Positions 17,718 to 31,760 of a stretch of DNA of 64,000 nucleotides are shown here, one piece after another (position 1 is the stretch's first letter; each line of letters begins with the position of its first letter). The position numbers and the translations under genes are program-made. Below the pieces are notes generated by a model, which saw nothing but the letters and a program-made list of their open reading frames with translations, was not told where the DNA came from and did not search any database. The stretch lies in the NCBI GenBank assembly GCA_964016885.1, contig OZ024741.1:63612001-63676000 (forward strand), given 5' to 3'. Origin of the DNA: Eledone cirrhosa (taxonomy: Eukaryota).

Positions 17718-18035
17718 TAAACAAAAAAAGTTCATTATTTAACGATCGTTTCTAGGATATATATGTGTTAGAATTGGTATGCATATTCAACAGATCTATG
17801 TACAAAATTATACAAAATTATACAAATTATCAAAATTAAATATACATACCAAACACATATATACGCCGTCTTCAGAAATAATATACGGCATATATATGTG
17901 TTTGGTATGTATATTTAATTTTGATAATTTGTATAATTTTGTATAATTTTGTACATAGATCTGTTGAATATGCATACCAATTCTAACACATATATATCCT
18001 AGAAACGATCGTTAAATAATGAACTTTTTTTGTTT
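17718..18035. repeat. Fold-back inverted repeat (~150-bp arms) abutting the assembly gap
   Basis: About 17718-17869 mirrors 17885-18035. Confidence 0.85.
17733..17883 (-). ncRNA. Type-I hammerhead ribozyme with ~120-nt stem II
   Basis: tattattt-CTGAAGA-cggc gtatatatgtgtt tggtatgtatatttaa...ttgaatatgcatacca..aacacatatatat ccta-GAAAC gatc GTT-aaataatg. Confidence 0.7.
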
Positions 18036-18235
18036 NNNNNNNNNNNNNNNNNNNNNNNNNNNNNNNNNNNNNNNNNNNNNNNNNNNNNNNNNNNNNNNNN
18101 NNNNNNNNNNNNNNNNNNNNNNNNNNNNNNNNNNNNNNNNNNNNNNNNNNNNNNNNNNNNNNNNNNNNNNNNNNNNNNNNNNNNNNNNNNNNNNNNNNNN
18201 NNNNNNNNNNNNNNNNNNNNNNNNNNNNNNNNNNN
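18036..18235. other. Assembly gap (200 N)
   Basis: Run of N. Confidence 1.
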
Positions 18236-18389
18236 ATATATAATATATATATAATAATATATATATATAATATATATATATTATATATATAGTATATATA
18301 TATATATATATATATATATACTATATATATATATAATAATATATATATATAATAATATATATATATAATATATATATATTATATATATA

Positions 18390-18433
<44 letters not shown>

Positions 18434-18455
18434 TATATATATATTATATATATAG

Positions 18456-18486
<31 letters not shown>

Positions 18487-18562
18487 TATATATAGTATAT
18501 ATATATAATAATATATATATATAATAATATATATATATAATATATATATATTATATATATAG

Positions 18563-18593
<31 letters not shown>

Positions 18594-18749
18594 TATATAT
18601 ATATATATAGTATATATATATATATATAGTATATATATATATATATATAGTATATATATATATATAGTATATATATATATATAGTATATATATATATATA
18701 TAGTATATATATATATATATATATAGTATATATATATATATATATATAG

Positions 18750-18780
<31 letters not shown>

Positions 18781-18980
18781 TATATATATAGTATATATAT
18801 ATATATATATTTTATATATATATATATATATAGTATATATATATAGTATATATATATATATATATATTTTATATATATATATATATATAGTATATATATA
18901 TAGTATATATATATATATATATATTTTATATATATATATATATATATAGTATATATATATAGTATATATATATATATATA

Positions 18981-19028
<48 letters not shown>

Positions 19029-19055
19029 TATATATATAGTATATATATATATATA

Positions 19056-19099
<44 letters not shown>

Positions 19100-19169
19100 T
19101 ATATATATAGTATATATATATATATATGTTATATATATATATATATATATATATAGTATATATATATAG

Positions 19170-19200
<31 letters not shown>

Positions 19201-19407
19201 TATATATATATATATATATAGGATATATATATATATATATATAGTATATACACATATATATATATAGTATATATATATATATATATATAGTGTATATATA
19301 TATATATAGTATATATATATATATAGTATATATATATATATAGTATATATATATATATATATAGTATATATATATATATATATAGTATATATATATATAT
19401 ATATATA

Positions 19408-19443
<36 letters not shown>

Positions 19444-19472
19444 TATATATATAGTATATATATATATATATA

Positions 19473-20132
19473 AAGAATCATCTATACTCTACCAACATGC
19501 TAAGATAGAACACAAGGGTAAATTAGAGAACATAGAAATAAAAATAGAATCCACACAGAAAAGATGCAATTTTTAGGCAAATTACAGAGGCAGTAAGCAT
19601 AAAAGAATTACAACCAAAATTAAATAGAAAATATGAGTGGAACAGCAACATCACAACTTACAATTAAGGACAAAATGAAAACACACACACACATAGAACA
19701 AACAACCAACCAACAACATGTAAAAACAAATAGATAAATGAACACAAGCACACACAGACACCCGGATGTGGGGCATGCGCAAACTGAGCACACAACACAC
19801 ACACAGAAACAAAATGGCGTAGGACAGAAGAAAGGAAAGGCACAGAAACAAAGAAAGGAATCCACAGTCACTGAAGAGGTCACAGAGTGTGTGACGAAAG
19901 GACTATGACTATATATAAACAACTATCTGGTTGTGGAACCAACCAACCAACCAGAAATTTATAGGTTTGTAGATTTGTAGATTTATAAATTTATAAATAT
20001 ATAATAAATTGAAGTGAAAGCAACTGGTGCGTGTGTTTCTTATTGGCAACATGACCCTCCCAAAGTATAACAATATCGGTTTCAACACACGATTTCAGAT
20101 AAAGAATCTTGCTAAACAAATTCAGAAACGAA

Positions 20133-20133
<1 letters not shown>
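19473..20133 (+). mobile_element. Solo PLE pLTR (family A', related to family A)
   Basis: A/C-rich UTR-like tract, then a hammerhead, then a 3' end atgaccctcccaaagtataacaatatcggtttcaacacacgatttca homologous to family A. The end recurs inverted at 53548-53710. Confidence 0.7.
19866..19910 (+). ncRNA. Minimal type-I hammerhead ribozyme
   Basis: agtca-CTGAAGA-g-gtcaca gagtg tgtgac-GAAA-ggaCTA-tgact. Perfect 5-bp stem I, 6-bp stem II, 2-bp stem III, CUA triplet. Confidence 0.82.
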
Positions 20134-20173
<40 letters not shown>

Positions 20174-20290
20174 GTATATATATATATATATATACATATA
20201 TATAGTATATATAAATATATATATATATAAATATATACATATATATATATATAGTACATATATTTATAAATATATATATATATATATAGT

Positions 20291-20327
<37 letters not shown>

Positions 20328-20329
20328 GT

Positions 20330-20362
<33 letters not shown>

Positions 20363-20392
20363 GTATATATATATATAAATATATATATATAA

Positions 20393-20425
<33 letters not shown>

Positions 20426-20948
20426 GTATATATATATATATAAATATATATATATATAGTATATATATAGTATATATATATATATAAATATATATATATA
20501 TAGTATATATATATATATAAATATATATATATATAGTATATATATATATACAAATATATATATATAGTATATATATATATATATAAATATATATATATAT
20601 AGTATATATATATATACAAATATATATATATAGTATATATATATATATATATAGTATATATATATATATAGTATATATATATAGTATATATATATATATA
20701 TATATAGTATATATATATATATATATATAGTATATATATAGTATATATATATATATATATAGTATATATATATATATAGAATATATATATATATATATAT
20801 AGTATATATATATATATATATATAGTATATATATATATATATATATATAGTATATATATATAGTATATATATATATAGTATATATATATATATATATATA
20901 GTATATATATATATAGTATATATATATATATATATAGTATATATATAT

Positions 20949-20982
<34 letters not shown>

Positions 20983-21103
20983 GTATATATATATATATAT
21001 AGTATATATATATATATATAGTATATATATATATAGTATATATATATATAGTATATATATATATATATATATATATAGTACATATATATATATATATATA
21101 TAG

Positions 21104-21134
<31 letters not shown>

Positions 21135-21191
21135 TATATATATATATAGTATATATATATATATATATATATAGTATATATATATATATAG

Positions 21192-21222
<31 letters not shown>

Positions 21223-21649
21223 TATATATAGTATATATATATATATATATAGTATATATATATATAGTATATATATATATAGTATATATATATATAGTAT
21301 ATATATATATAGTATATATATATATATATAGTATATATATATATAGTATATATATATATATATATAGTATATATATATATAGTATATATATATATAGTAT
21401 ATATATTTATAGTATATATATATATAGTATATATATATATAGTATATATATATATAGTATATATATATATAGTATATATATATATAGTATATATATATAT
21501 AGTATATATATATATAGTATATATATATATAGTATATATATATATAGTATATATATATATATATATATATAGTATATATATATATATATATAAAATATAT
21601 ATATATAGTATATATATATATATACATATAGTATATATATATATAGTAT

Positions 21650-21683
<34 letters not shown>

Positions 21684-21813
21684 GTATATATATATATAGT
21701 ATATATATATATATAGTATATATATATATAGTATATATATATATAGTATATATATATATAGTATATATATATATATAGTATATATATATATAGTATATAT
21801 ATATATATATATA

Positions 21814-21865
<52 letters not shown>

Positions 21866-22591
21866 TATATATATATATATAGTATATATATATATATATA
21901 TAGTATATATATATATATATAGTATATATATCGTATATATAGTATATATATCATATATATATATATATATAGTATATATATATATATAGTATATATATCG
22001 TATATATATATATATAGTATATATATATATAGTATATATATATATATAGTATATATATATATATAGTATATATATATATATATAGTATATATATATATAC
22101 TATATATATATATATAGTATATATATATATATACTATATATATATATAGAGTATATATATATATAGAGTATATATATATATATAGTATATATATATATAG
22201 TATATATATATATATATAGTATATATATATATATATATAGTATATATATATATATATATAGTATATATATATATATATAGTATATATATATATATATAGT
22301 ATATATATATATATATAGTATATATATATATATATAGTATATATATATATATATAGTATATATATATATATATAGTATATATATATATATATAGTATATA
22401 TATATATATAGTATATATATATATAGTATATATATATATATAGTATATATATATATATATATAGTATATATATATATATATAGTATATATATATATATAT
22501 ATATAGTATATATATATATATATAGTATATATATATATATATATAGTATATATATATATATATATATAGTATATATATATATATATATATA

Positions 22592-22698
<107 letters not shown>

Positions 22699-22775
22699 TA
22701 TATATATATATATATATAGTATATATATATATATAGTATATATATATATATATATAGTATATATATATATATATA

Positions 22776-22885
<110 letters not shown>

Positions 22886-22942
22886 TATATATATATATAG
22901 TATATATATATATATATATAGTATATATATATATATATATAG

Positions 22943-22993
<51 letters not shown>

Positions 22994-22995
22994 TG

Positions 22996-23062
<67 letters not shown>

Positions 23063-23065
<3 letters not shown>

Positions 23066-23264
23066 AACCAGTAAGACCCCGACAGCTGAGCTCAAGCCAT
23101 TTCGACGGCTAATTCTGGACTCCAGAGTCCAGAATTAGCCGTCGAAACGGCTTGAGCTAAGCTGCCGGGGTCTTACTGGTTCCTATTACCCACTCTACTA
23201 CCTCAAGTATTGAGTACTTTGGTGCGTTATGTGGTCCACCTGGTTCCTTACCACATTTCATTCG

Positions 23265-23266
<2 letters not shown>
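23063..23266. repeat. Fold-back of family B terminus (hammerhead 3' half)
   Basis: aggaaccagtaagacccc...ctggactc / gagtccag...ggttcct palindrome plus a 3' extension. A near-identical island lies at 53311-53499. Confidence 0.85.
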
Positions 23267-23324
<58 letters not shown>

Positions 23325-23334
23325 TATATATAGT

Positions 23335-23369
<35 letters not shown>

Positions 23370-24036
23370 AAGAAAAAGAGATGAAATCGAAAATGCAACT
23401 TGAGACTTTTTTTTTTTTAAATATATATATTTATTTGGTTCCTTTACCGGTTTCGCAGTTCTTCTGCTTTTCAAAAGGTGAGTTGAGATGGAGGGTCTGT
23501 GGTTTTTCTCACATCTGGTTGGTCTCTGAATGTTACTTGTTTTATATGGAAAAAGTGGCTCGAAATGCCAGGTTTTTCGAGAAGTAATTTGATTGGTTTG
23601 TCTATAATTATAATAAATTTCGCGCCAGTTCGCGTTACAATAGTTCTTCAAATAAGAGGGGGGGGGGTGTCACAAGTTGTTTTTTCATATATGAGTGTTT
23701 GAATTTCTTTTTACTTGAAAAAAGGGGCTCACGAAGGCTTTTTTGGGGTTGGTTATAAATGAAATTATGGCTGTCACGTGAACAAGTTTTCATTAAATTT
23801 TAGTACCCTTATTTGGAAATCCATTCTGTAGCCTTTTTAGAGAATTTTATGATAAGTGAAAGATAATGGTCAAGAGAAAGGGGTGGGAGAATTGTGCTGG
23901 TTTAGTGAATATGGTTAGTTCGCTGGGGTGTCAGAATTCAGATTTTTTATTGAATAAAGAATGTAAAGATATGTGTGTTTATTTGTGTGCTTGTGTGTGC
24001 GTGTGTGCGTGTGTGCGTGTGTGCGTGTGTGCGCGC

Positions 24037-24085
<49 letters not shown>

Positions 24086-24270
24086 AATTTCTTTACTTAA
24101 AAAAAGGTGGCTCACGAAGGCTTTTTTTAATAAACGTGATTTGATTGGTTATAAATGAAATTTGGCTGTCACGTGAACAAGTTTTCATTACATTTTTGCG
24201 CCCTTATTTTGAAATCTATTCTGTAGCCTTTATAGAGAATGTTATGACAAGGAAAGATAGTGGTCAAATA
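23370..24270 (-). mobile_element. Second copy of the 3' pLTR of the 2660-6175 PLE family
   Basis: Homologous to 2675-3330, with a partial duplication at 24080-24270. Confidence 0.8.
23441..23478 (-). ncRNA. Minimal type-I hammerhead ribozyme, U3-A8 variant
   Basis: Identical to 2748-2785. Confidence 0.8.
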
Positions 24271-24567
24271 GGTCCAGTAATGCACTGGAGTAGTTGCTGG
24301 CCTTGTGCCAAAATAGAAACAATTATATTAATTTTACGCTTAAACTCACACACACACCATACATGCACACTCACACACAGATATTCACACACACACACAC
24401 ATATATGCACACACTCAGACACAGACACTTACACACACACACACAAACATACATACACACATTCAGGCACATACACACACACACATACACACACACACAT
24501 AGATATACGTATACGCACTCAGACACACACTCACACACACATATAGATAGCTAGATTGATAGATATG

Positions 24568-25234
24568 TTTCTTTATTAGCCACAGGAGCACAAAAGAAGG
24601 GGACAAATACAAAGGGGGAAGTTTACATACAATAAAACGTGTAAAATATTATCACAAATGCAATTTAAAAATTAGTCGATTTTCCCCAATAGGGGGAGAC
24701 AGTTCATATGGGTAACACATACCCCCGAAAAAATGTGCAACCCTCATCTCCAGAAGTACGAAGAGTTTTACTCCTTTCCTCTCCTCCTCCTTTTCCTCAA
24801 CCTACAGGCTGATATAGAGAGAAGGCCCATTCACTCGGGCCATTCTCGCTACTTTCACCCACCTTTCATAAAACTTGCTGGGGTACAGCACCTCTCTCTC
24901 CATCCTGATTCTTCTCCCAAAGTGGTATTTGAAAAAAAGAATCAGTTGTTGGCCGGAGAGAAAGGTGTCTGACCTCAGCCCTTTCAACCTTGTCCACCAT
25001 ACAACCTCTTTCGCCATAGCTATCACACAAAGGAAAACCGCCTCTCCTTCGTTTTTGAAGGAGGGTGGCGGTTTGATCATGACAATGGACTCGGTGGCCA
25101 ACCGGATTGGTCCCACCCGCGACAATAGTCGTTGTACATAGCCCCACAGGTCGGTGACGCCCTGGCAGTGTATGAATGCGTGCGCGACGGTTTCTTCGTC
25201 TCGCACGCACCTCGGACAGATCTTTTTTGCAGGG
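24568..25234 (-). mobile_element. 5'-truncated non-LTR retrotransposon 3' end (L1/Tx1-like ORF2 zinc-binding C-terminus)
   Basis: ICPRCVRDEETVAHAFIHCQGVTDLW...KEVVWWTR (zf-RVT-like). The 3' UTR ends gctAATAAAgaaa followed by (TATC)-type repeat. Confidence 0.8.
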
Positions 25235-25264
25235 TAGATAGATTGATAGATAAATAGATATCTT

Positions 25265-25338
<74 letters not shown>

Positions 25339-25365
25339 CATAGATAGATAGATAGATAGATAGAT

Positions 25366-26266
25366 TTCTATTAGCCACAAGGGCACACAAGAAAAGGGGA
25401 CAAAACAAGGACACATGCAGGGGATTTTACATACAATCGTGTAAAAATATTGAAACAAACAAATTTAACAATCGAAATCCCCAATAGGGGGAGGCGCCAC
25501 AGATGTGTCGTTTAATACCCCGTAGATAGAACAACCCTCAACTTCAGGAGCGTGTTGTGCAAGTGCTCCTTTCTTCCTTTTGCTCTCTTCAACCTACAGA
25601 TTTATATACAGAGAAGGCCAAATCACTCGGGCCATTTTTGCCTCATTCACCCACCTTTAAGTAAATTTCTCCACTCAGAATCTCCTTCTAAAGTGGTATC
25701 TAAAGAAGGGAATGAGTTGTTGTCCGGAGAGAAAGGCATCTATCCTCAGTCCTCTCAATCTCGTCCACCATATAACCTCTTTCACCATAGCCACTATACA
25801 GAGGAAAACCGCCTCTCTTTCGTTTTTGAAAGAGGCTGGTGGTTTGATGCTTACTATGGACTCGGCAGTCAACTGGATTTGTCCCATACGCGACAGCAGT
25901 TGTTCTGCATAGTTCCACAGGTCAGTTACACCCGGGCACTGTACAATTGCGTGCAAGACAGTTTCAATGTCCTGTCCGCATCTTGGACACGTCCTCTTGG
26001 AAGGATCCCTGTAGATCTTGTCACGAACTGGTAGAGCTCCTCGGTAGTACTGCCTGGCCAGGGACCTCTGGAAGTTGTCTATAGGTCCCGAGCGGAAAGT
26101 CCTACCAAACAGACTGGTGAGTTCATCGTCTTCGACGCCTAGAGTCTCTCCAAGCACGTCGTCGCCCTTGTGACGTACTAACCCTCTATAGAATTTCGAA
26201 GTGGAGTCTCCACTGATTGCCGTGCCCGCTTGACAGAGGACTGTGAGCGCCTGAGCGCATTCAATG
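25366..26266 (-). mobile_element. 5'-truncated L1/Tx1-like LINE 3' end, diverged paralog of the adjacent copy
   Basis: RGALPVRDKIY...TCPRCGQDIETVLHAIVQCPGVTDLW. Flanked on both sides by (GATA)n. Confidence 0.82.
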
Positions 26267-26267
26267 T

Positions 26268-26341
<74 letters not shown>

Positions 26342-26904
26342 CAGATATATAGATAATAGTCAGACGTGCAGGCTGACGTGCAGGCAGGCTGGTATGCAAG
26401 CAGACAGATAGATAGATTGATGGATGGATACATAGCGAGAAGCAGTTTATATGCTGATATATTAAATACATACAAAATAGCTAGTATTTATACTCCTTGT
26501 TGTATATACGTATATATATACGGAGACGGCTCCTGACAGGTTAGCGCCGTCAGCGAACCCTTCAATGTCTCTCACCACCATCACCTTTATTCCAGTTCCT
26601 TGCTTCATTGTGCTACATAGAATAATTTCTATGTATAGCCGATAGAACCATTTATATTTATACATCTTGTGCATACTACATACTATGAAAGGTATTAAGC
26701 CTGCATTTCCATAACACAAACCACAGTCAATCATTTTAAAAGGTCCTAACACAACACAACCCACTCTGCCGCTTTGGATATCTCCCTAAAGCCGCTACAC
26801 AGCAAAGATATTTACAGGTGTACTTGTTAATTGTGGGAAATTATGGATTTAAGTTAATTATACAAATTCGTAGATGTGTCATCACTGTATATTACTATAT
26901 TACA

Positions 26905-26965
26905 GCCCCTATGAAAAGGCTTGCTGAAAACACTAGTCGAAACCACTTGGCGCCGCAGTCGAGAT
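26905..26965 (+). ncRNA. Degenerate hammerhead-like motif
   Basis: ATGAAAA-ggct...agtc-GAAAC...GTC. The 3' half is homologous to the fold-back at 143-209 (cgaaaccgcttggcgcc..gtcgg..ttttac). Confidence 0.35.
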
Positions 26966-26969
26966 TTTA

Positions 26970-27068
<99 letters not shown>

Positions 27069-27482
27069 TTTATCCCGGGTTCAATCGGGGGTAACCACAG
27101 TAAGTAAGGTACTCAATACAAAGCAGAGTATAGATATTTAATATAGAAAGGCTTTTCATTCGGGAGAAATCATCAGGAAGCTTGATGATTTCTCCCGAAT
27201 GATTTCTTCCTGATGATTTCTAGTCCCGTAGAAGCCTTTCTATATTAAATATATATATATATATTAATAATAATAATAAAAAGTAAGAGGTGTTAGATCT
27301 TCATTACATTTATTAAGGTGTGACGCGCGTTTCGCGATTGATCAGCTCAAGGTTCGGTCTATATTGATCGGGCCCGACCCTGGAATCAAAAGTTCGTCGA
27401 ACTTCTGTAGTGGCAATGACTGAATGATTTGCTACAGCTCTGAGAAAAAAAATTAAGTGTGTATGTGTGTGTGTGTGTGTAA

Positions 27483-27600
27483 AGGCGCATGGATTAGTGG
27501 TTAAAGAGTTGGATTCGCAATCATGAGGTTGCGAGGGCAATTCTCCGACCGGGTGATGCGTTTGATCATGGAGAAAGACACTTTATTACACGTTGCTCCT
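27483..27600 (+). mobile_element. Degenerate tRNA-derived SINE 5' part
   Basis: ggcgcaTGGATTAGTGGttaaagagttggattcgcaatcatgaggttgcg..: A-box-like tRNA head followed by a ..aagacacttta.. core. Confidence 0.6.
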
Positions 27601-27929
27601 TCTGCCAGGAGTTGCCGCGGGTAGATAGTATTAGCAATGTAAAGACCAATGGAAACATTGTTTCCTTGGTTCGATTTGACGGCAAGTGAATGAGGTTTGG
27701 GATCTTGTCGATCCCTCAGAGCGAACGATATAAATATATAGTGTAGTGAAAAATCAGGACATATCCTAAGTTGATAGTGCAAAGGATGAGTTGGGTATGG
27801 TGTTAAATTCGTGTCGAGTTGAAATACCTTCTTAGATGAAACGAGTTTCCTGAAGTATGGTTTGATAATCAACACACACTTCTCACCCGCACACACATAC
27901 AGATATATATATATATATGCCTCCCTTGC

Positions 27930-28940
27930 CGATCCCCACGTGGGGTCAGCAATAGTCAGTCCTTGTATTAACATTGAACTAAAACCTGTTGAGAAAGCGA
28001 CTTCCTTGATCAATCATCTTACCAGAAGCCTAACATTATTTATGTAAGCGGACAGTACGTGATTTAGGAGTCGCAGAAACCCAAATGTTGGATTTTACCA
28101 ACCTTCCAGGGGTCCGGGTAAATATTTCAATCATATATATTTTTATTTGTTTGACCCGAATCACTTGATCGTTTTTTGGGCTGTGCGAATGATTGTTTTA
28201 CCACCATCTAAGTGTGTTTGGCCTTTAACGTTTGTTATAGCTCTGGTTCATCTGAATCATTGAGCACTTGCCACACATCTCGGAGGTTGTTTTTCGTTAT
28301 TTCGTGGGCCGAAATGCGATTCTCCATAATTTATTTGTATTAATCTCCAGACTCTAGCTATTGACCAGTTAATGTTCTTGATTTTTTAGTTGATTATATT
28401 GACTGATGAATAGCTTATGTTAACTTTAACCCTTCTGTTGAGAACTCTATTCGATTTGTGATGTTTTGCATTCTTGCAATAATATACACAACTGAATTCA
28501 TTCGCCTGATATAGGGGTTGCCTCCAGTGCTGATCCCCACGTGGGGTCAGCAATAGTCAGTCCTTGTATTAACATTGAACTAAAACCTGTTGAGAAAGCG
28601 GCTTGCTTGTTCAATCATCTTACCAGAAGCCTAACATTATTTATGTAAGCGGACAGTACGTGATTTTGGAGTCGCAGAAACCCAAATTCTGGATTTTCCA
28701 ACCTTCCAGGGGTCCGGGTAAATTTTTCAATCACATATATTTTTATTTGTTTGACCCGAATTACTTGATCGTTTTTTTTGGCTGTGCAGATGATTGTTTA
28801 ACCATCGTCTCAGTGTGTTTGGCCTTTAACGTTTGTTATAGCTCTGGTTCATCTGAATCATTGAGCACTTGCCACACATCTCGGAGGTTGTTTTTCGTTA
28901 TTTCGTAGGCCGAAATGCGATTCTCGATAATATATTTGTA
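27930..28940. repeat. Tandem duplication, ~410-bp homologous blocks with ~600-bp period
   Basis: gatccccacgtggggtcagcaatagtc...gccgaaatgcgattctc at 27931-28325 and 28533-28925. Confidence 0.9.
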
Positions 28941-29052
28941 TATATATATATATATACATATATATTTATATATACATATATATATATATGTATACATATA
29001 TATGTATACATATATAGGTATATATATATATATACGTATATATATATATATA

Positions 29053-29190
29053 TATTATTTCTAAAGACGGCGGGTAGCGAAGACGTATGTATTTTTTTCT
29101 CACTATGATATTTTGTAATATGTTTTACACAGATCAATAATTGAATGAACATACAGAGAACTATCCCCTAGAAACAATCGTAAAATAATG
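29053..29190 (+). ncRNA. Degenerate long-stem-II hammerhead (same family as 17733-17883)
   Basis: tattattt-CTAAAGA-cggcgggtag...ctatcccct a-GAAAC aatc GTA-aaataatg. G5>A in the core. Confidence 0.55.
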
Positions 29191-29241
29191 TGTTTTACTA
29201 TGAATTAACAGTTTTGTGTTTAATTTCATTGTTTTAATATT

Positions 29242-29270
<29 letters not shown>

Positions 29271-29275
<5 letters not shown>

Positions 29276-29462
29276 CGTATATATATGTGTATATACGTAT
29301 ATATATGTGTATATACGTATATATATGTGTATATACGTATATATATGTGTATATACGTATATATATGTGTATATACGTATATATATGTGTATATACGTAT
29401 ATATATGTGTATATACGTATATATATGTGTATATACGTATATATATGTGTATATACGTATAT
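29271..29462. repeat. 20-bp minisatellite (atatacgtatatatatgtgt), ~9.5 copies
   Basis: Perfect tandem copies. Confidence 0.95.
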
Positions 29463-29476
29463 ATATATTATATATA

Positions 29477-29553
<77 letters not shown>

Positions 29554-29733
29554 AAAAAAATCAAGACCCCGATCGCAGAGCTCAAGCCGTTTCGACGGCT
29601 ATTTCTGGACTAAATTTACCAACTCTACTACCCAAAGTATCGAGTACTCTGGTGCGTTATGGTCCATCCGGTTCCTTACCACACTTGCTTGATATATGTG
29701 TATATATATATATATAGGTATTGATTTAACCAC

Positions 29734-29856
29734 TGTTTCACGATCGTTTCGAAGGGTTGATTACATTAACATATTGTCTGATATATAGCAGTTATATAAC
29801 TGTATATTATAAGACCTCATATAATAGGCTCGATCAGACCGTCTTCTTCGGAAACA
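29734..29856 (-). ncRNA. Degenerate long-stem-II hammerhead
   Basis: tgttt-CCGAAGA-(~90 nt)-GAAAC gatc GTG-aaaca. U4>C and a GUG triplet predict inactivity. Confidence 0.45.
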
Positions 29857-29951
29857 ATCTTGTACACAAACATATATATGTATGTGTGTGTGCATATATA
29901 TATATGTATATATATATACTTATGTACATATATATATACTTATATACACAC

Positions 29952-29982
<31 letters not shown>

Positions 29983-30215
29983 CATATACATATAAGTATA
30001 TATATATACTTATATACATATATATATATATACATATGTAGGAGGTGAGTTTTATTGTAGTACAATAAAGCAATGCAGATATCGGATAAGAAGCACTCTA
30101 CAGATTGTAGGACTGGAGTATACATAATATATAAGATCAAAAGATGGTTAAATCAACATATGATTTAAAACTGCACTATCCACAAGTGTTTTTTAACCTT
30201 CATATCATGTCCTCC

Positions 30216-30286
30216 TATTTTATCTGATGAAAACACAAATGTTATTGCATGATGATATTTGTTTTTGAAATGCGCATAATAAAATA
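30216..30286 (+). ncRNA. Type-I hammerhead ribozyme
   Basis: tattttat-CTGATGA-aaaca caaatgtta..tgatatttg ttttt-GAAA-tgcgcATA-ataaaata. 8-bp stem I, palindromic stem III atgcgcat, AUA triplet. Confidence 0.8.
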
Positions 30287-30383
30287 CATGGAACTCATTT
30301 AACCATCTTTTCATCTTATATATTATATATATACATATATATATATATATACTTATATATATACTTGTATATGTATTTATATA

Positions 30384-30419
<36 letters not shown>

Positions 30420-30795
30420 AACTTATATATATATACTTATATATATACTTGTATATGTATTTGTATATATACGTATATATTTGTGTGTATATGTGTATAT
30501 ATATATGTGTGTGTGTGTGTGTGCGTGTATATGTATATATATATATATACATATATATGTATTTGTATGTGTATATATATATGTATTTGTATATATATAT
30601 ATATATATATGCGTATATATTTGTGTGTGTACATATATATATATACAAATATACATGTATATGTTATATATATATATATATCCCCACCACCACCTCACTC
30701 TCAAGAGCGTGAAATTAATAAACATTCGTTGTACTGCCTCTGTTTTGTTCCTGTTCAATTTTTCATTATATATATATATATATATATATACACAT

Positions 30796-30885
<90 letters not shown>

Positions 30886-31456
30886 TTTATATACAAACAT
30901 GTATATCGAATAAAGTAACTGTTCTTTCAAGTGTGGTACTTATTTCATCAATTTGTTTTTTTACTTGCGAACGTAATGTTACCGGATATAAACACACACA
31001 GACACAAACGTAAACATAAACACTAATTCATACACGCATGCACATTGATACACTCATACACACACACATAGCTGTTGCCTGTTTACGTGTTTTATAGGGT
31101 TTTCTTTAAATATTGTATATTTTGGAAGAACTTGGGACGAATTAAGTAATTAATGGGGTGTCAGAAGAAGAAGAAGAAGAAGAAGAAGAAATGAGCAAAG
31201 AACAAAGCCAGAATGGAAGAAATTAAAGAGAGAAAAAGGAAAGTATTTATAAATAGATAGATAGTACGAAAGAAAACTATATATATATATAGAGAGAGGG
31301 AGAGGGGGTAAAGAGAGCCGACACGAAAGTTACTTAGAAAGATATTTTTTAATATTGGTTTTTAATAAAGTTTCCTAGATAGATCAATAGATAAAGAGAT
31401 AGATAGGTAACGATCCCCATTCCATAATTCAATAACACATAACACAGGTAAAATAT

Positions 31457-31645
31457 AATTGTTTCTACTTTTGGCACAAGGCCAGGAATTATCACAGTGC
31501 ATTACTGGTACTTTATTTTATCGACCCCGTAAGGATGAAAGGCAAAGTTAACCTCGGCGGGTTTTGAACTCAGAATGGCAAGGGCCGTAACTCTTTGCGT
31601 CAAAGCATGGCGTCCGACCCTCTACCGATACTGCCAATCCACCAT
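31457..31645 (-). mobile_element. Near full-length tRNA-derived SINE (MetaSINE-like core)
   Basis: Minus strand: tggcagtatcgg (A-box-like)...gagttcaaaacc (B-box-like), then gaggttaactttgcctttcatccttacggggtcgataaaataaagtaccag. Confidence 0.8.
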
Positions 31646-31683
31646 AAAATATAATATATACAGAGAAGTGAGTGAGTGCATGA

Positions 31684-31760
31684 CGAAAAATGAAATTTGA
31701 AGAAAAATGAAATTTGAAGAAAAATGAAATTGAAGAAAAATTAAATTTGAAGAAAAATTA
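31684..31760. repeat. ~17-bp tandem repeat (gaaaaatgaaatttgaa), 4-5 copies
   Basis: Direct inspection. Confidence 0.85.

Noticed and set aside
27135-27250. CTGATGA motifs inside a small inverted repeat
   Set aside because: I could not build a stem II-GAAA-stem III-NUH arrangement on either strand.
27483-27560. tRNA gene
   Set aside because: The B box is degenerate and the sequence continues into a SINE-like core; I could not fold a full cloverleaf.
29271-29462. Regular repeats resembling a CRISPR array
   Set aside because: There are no unique spacers, the context is eukaryotic, and it is a simple minisatellite.
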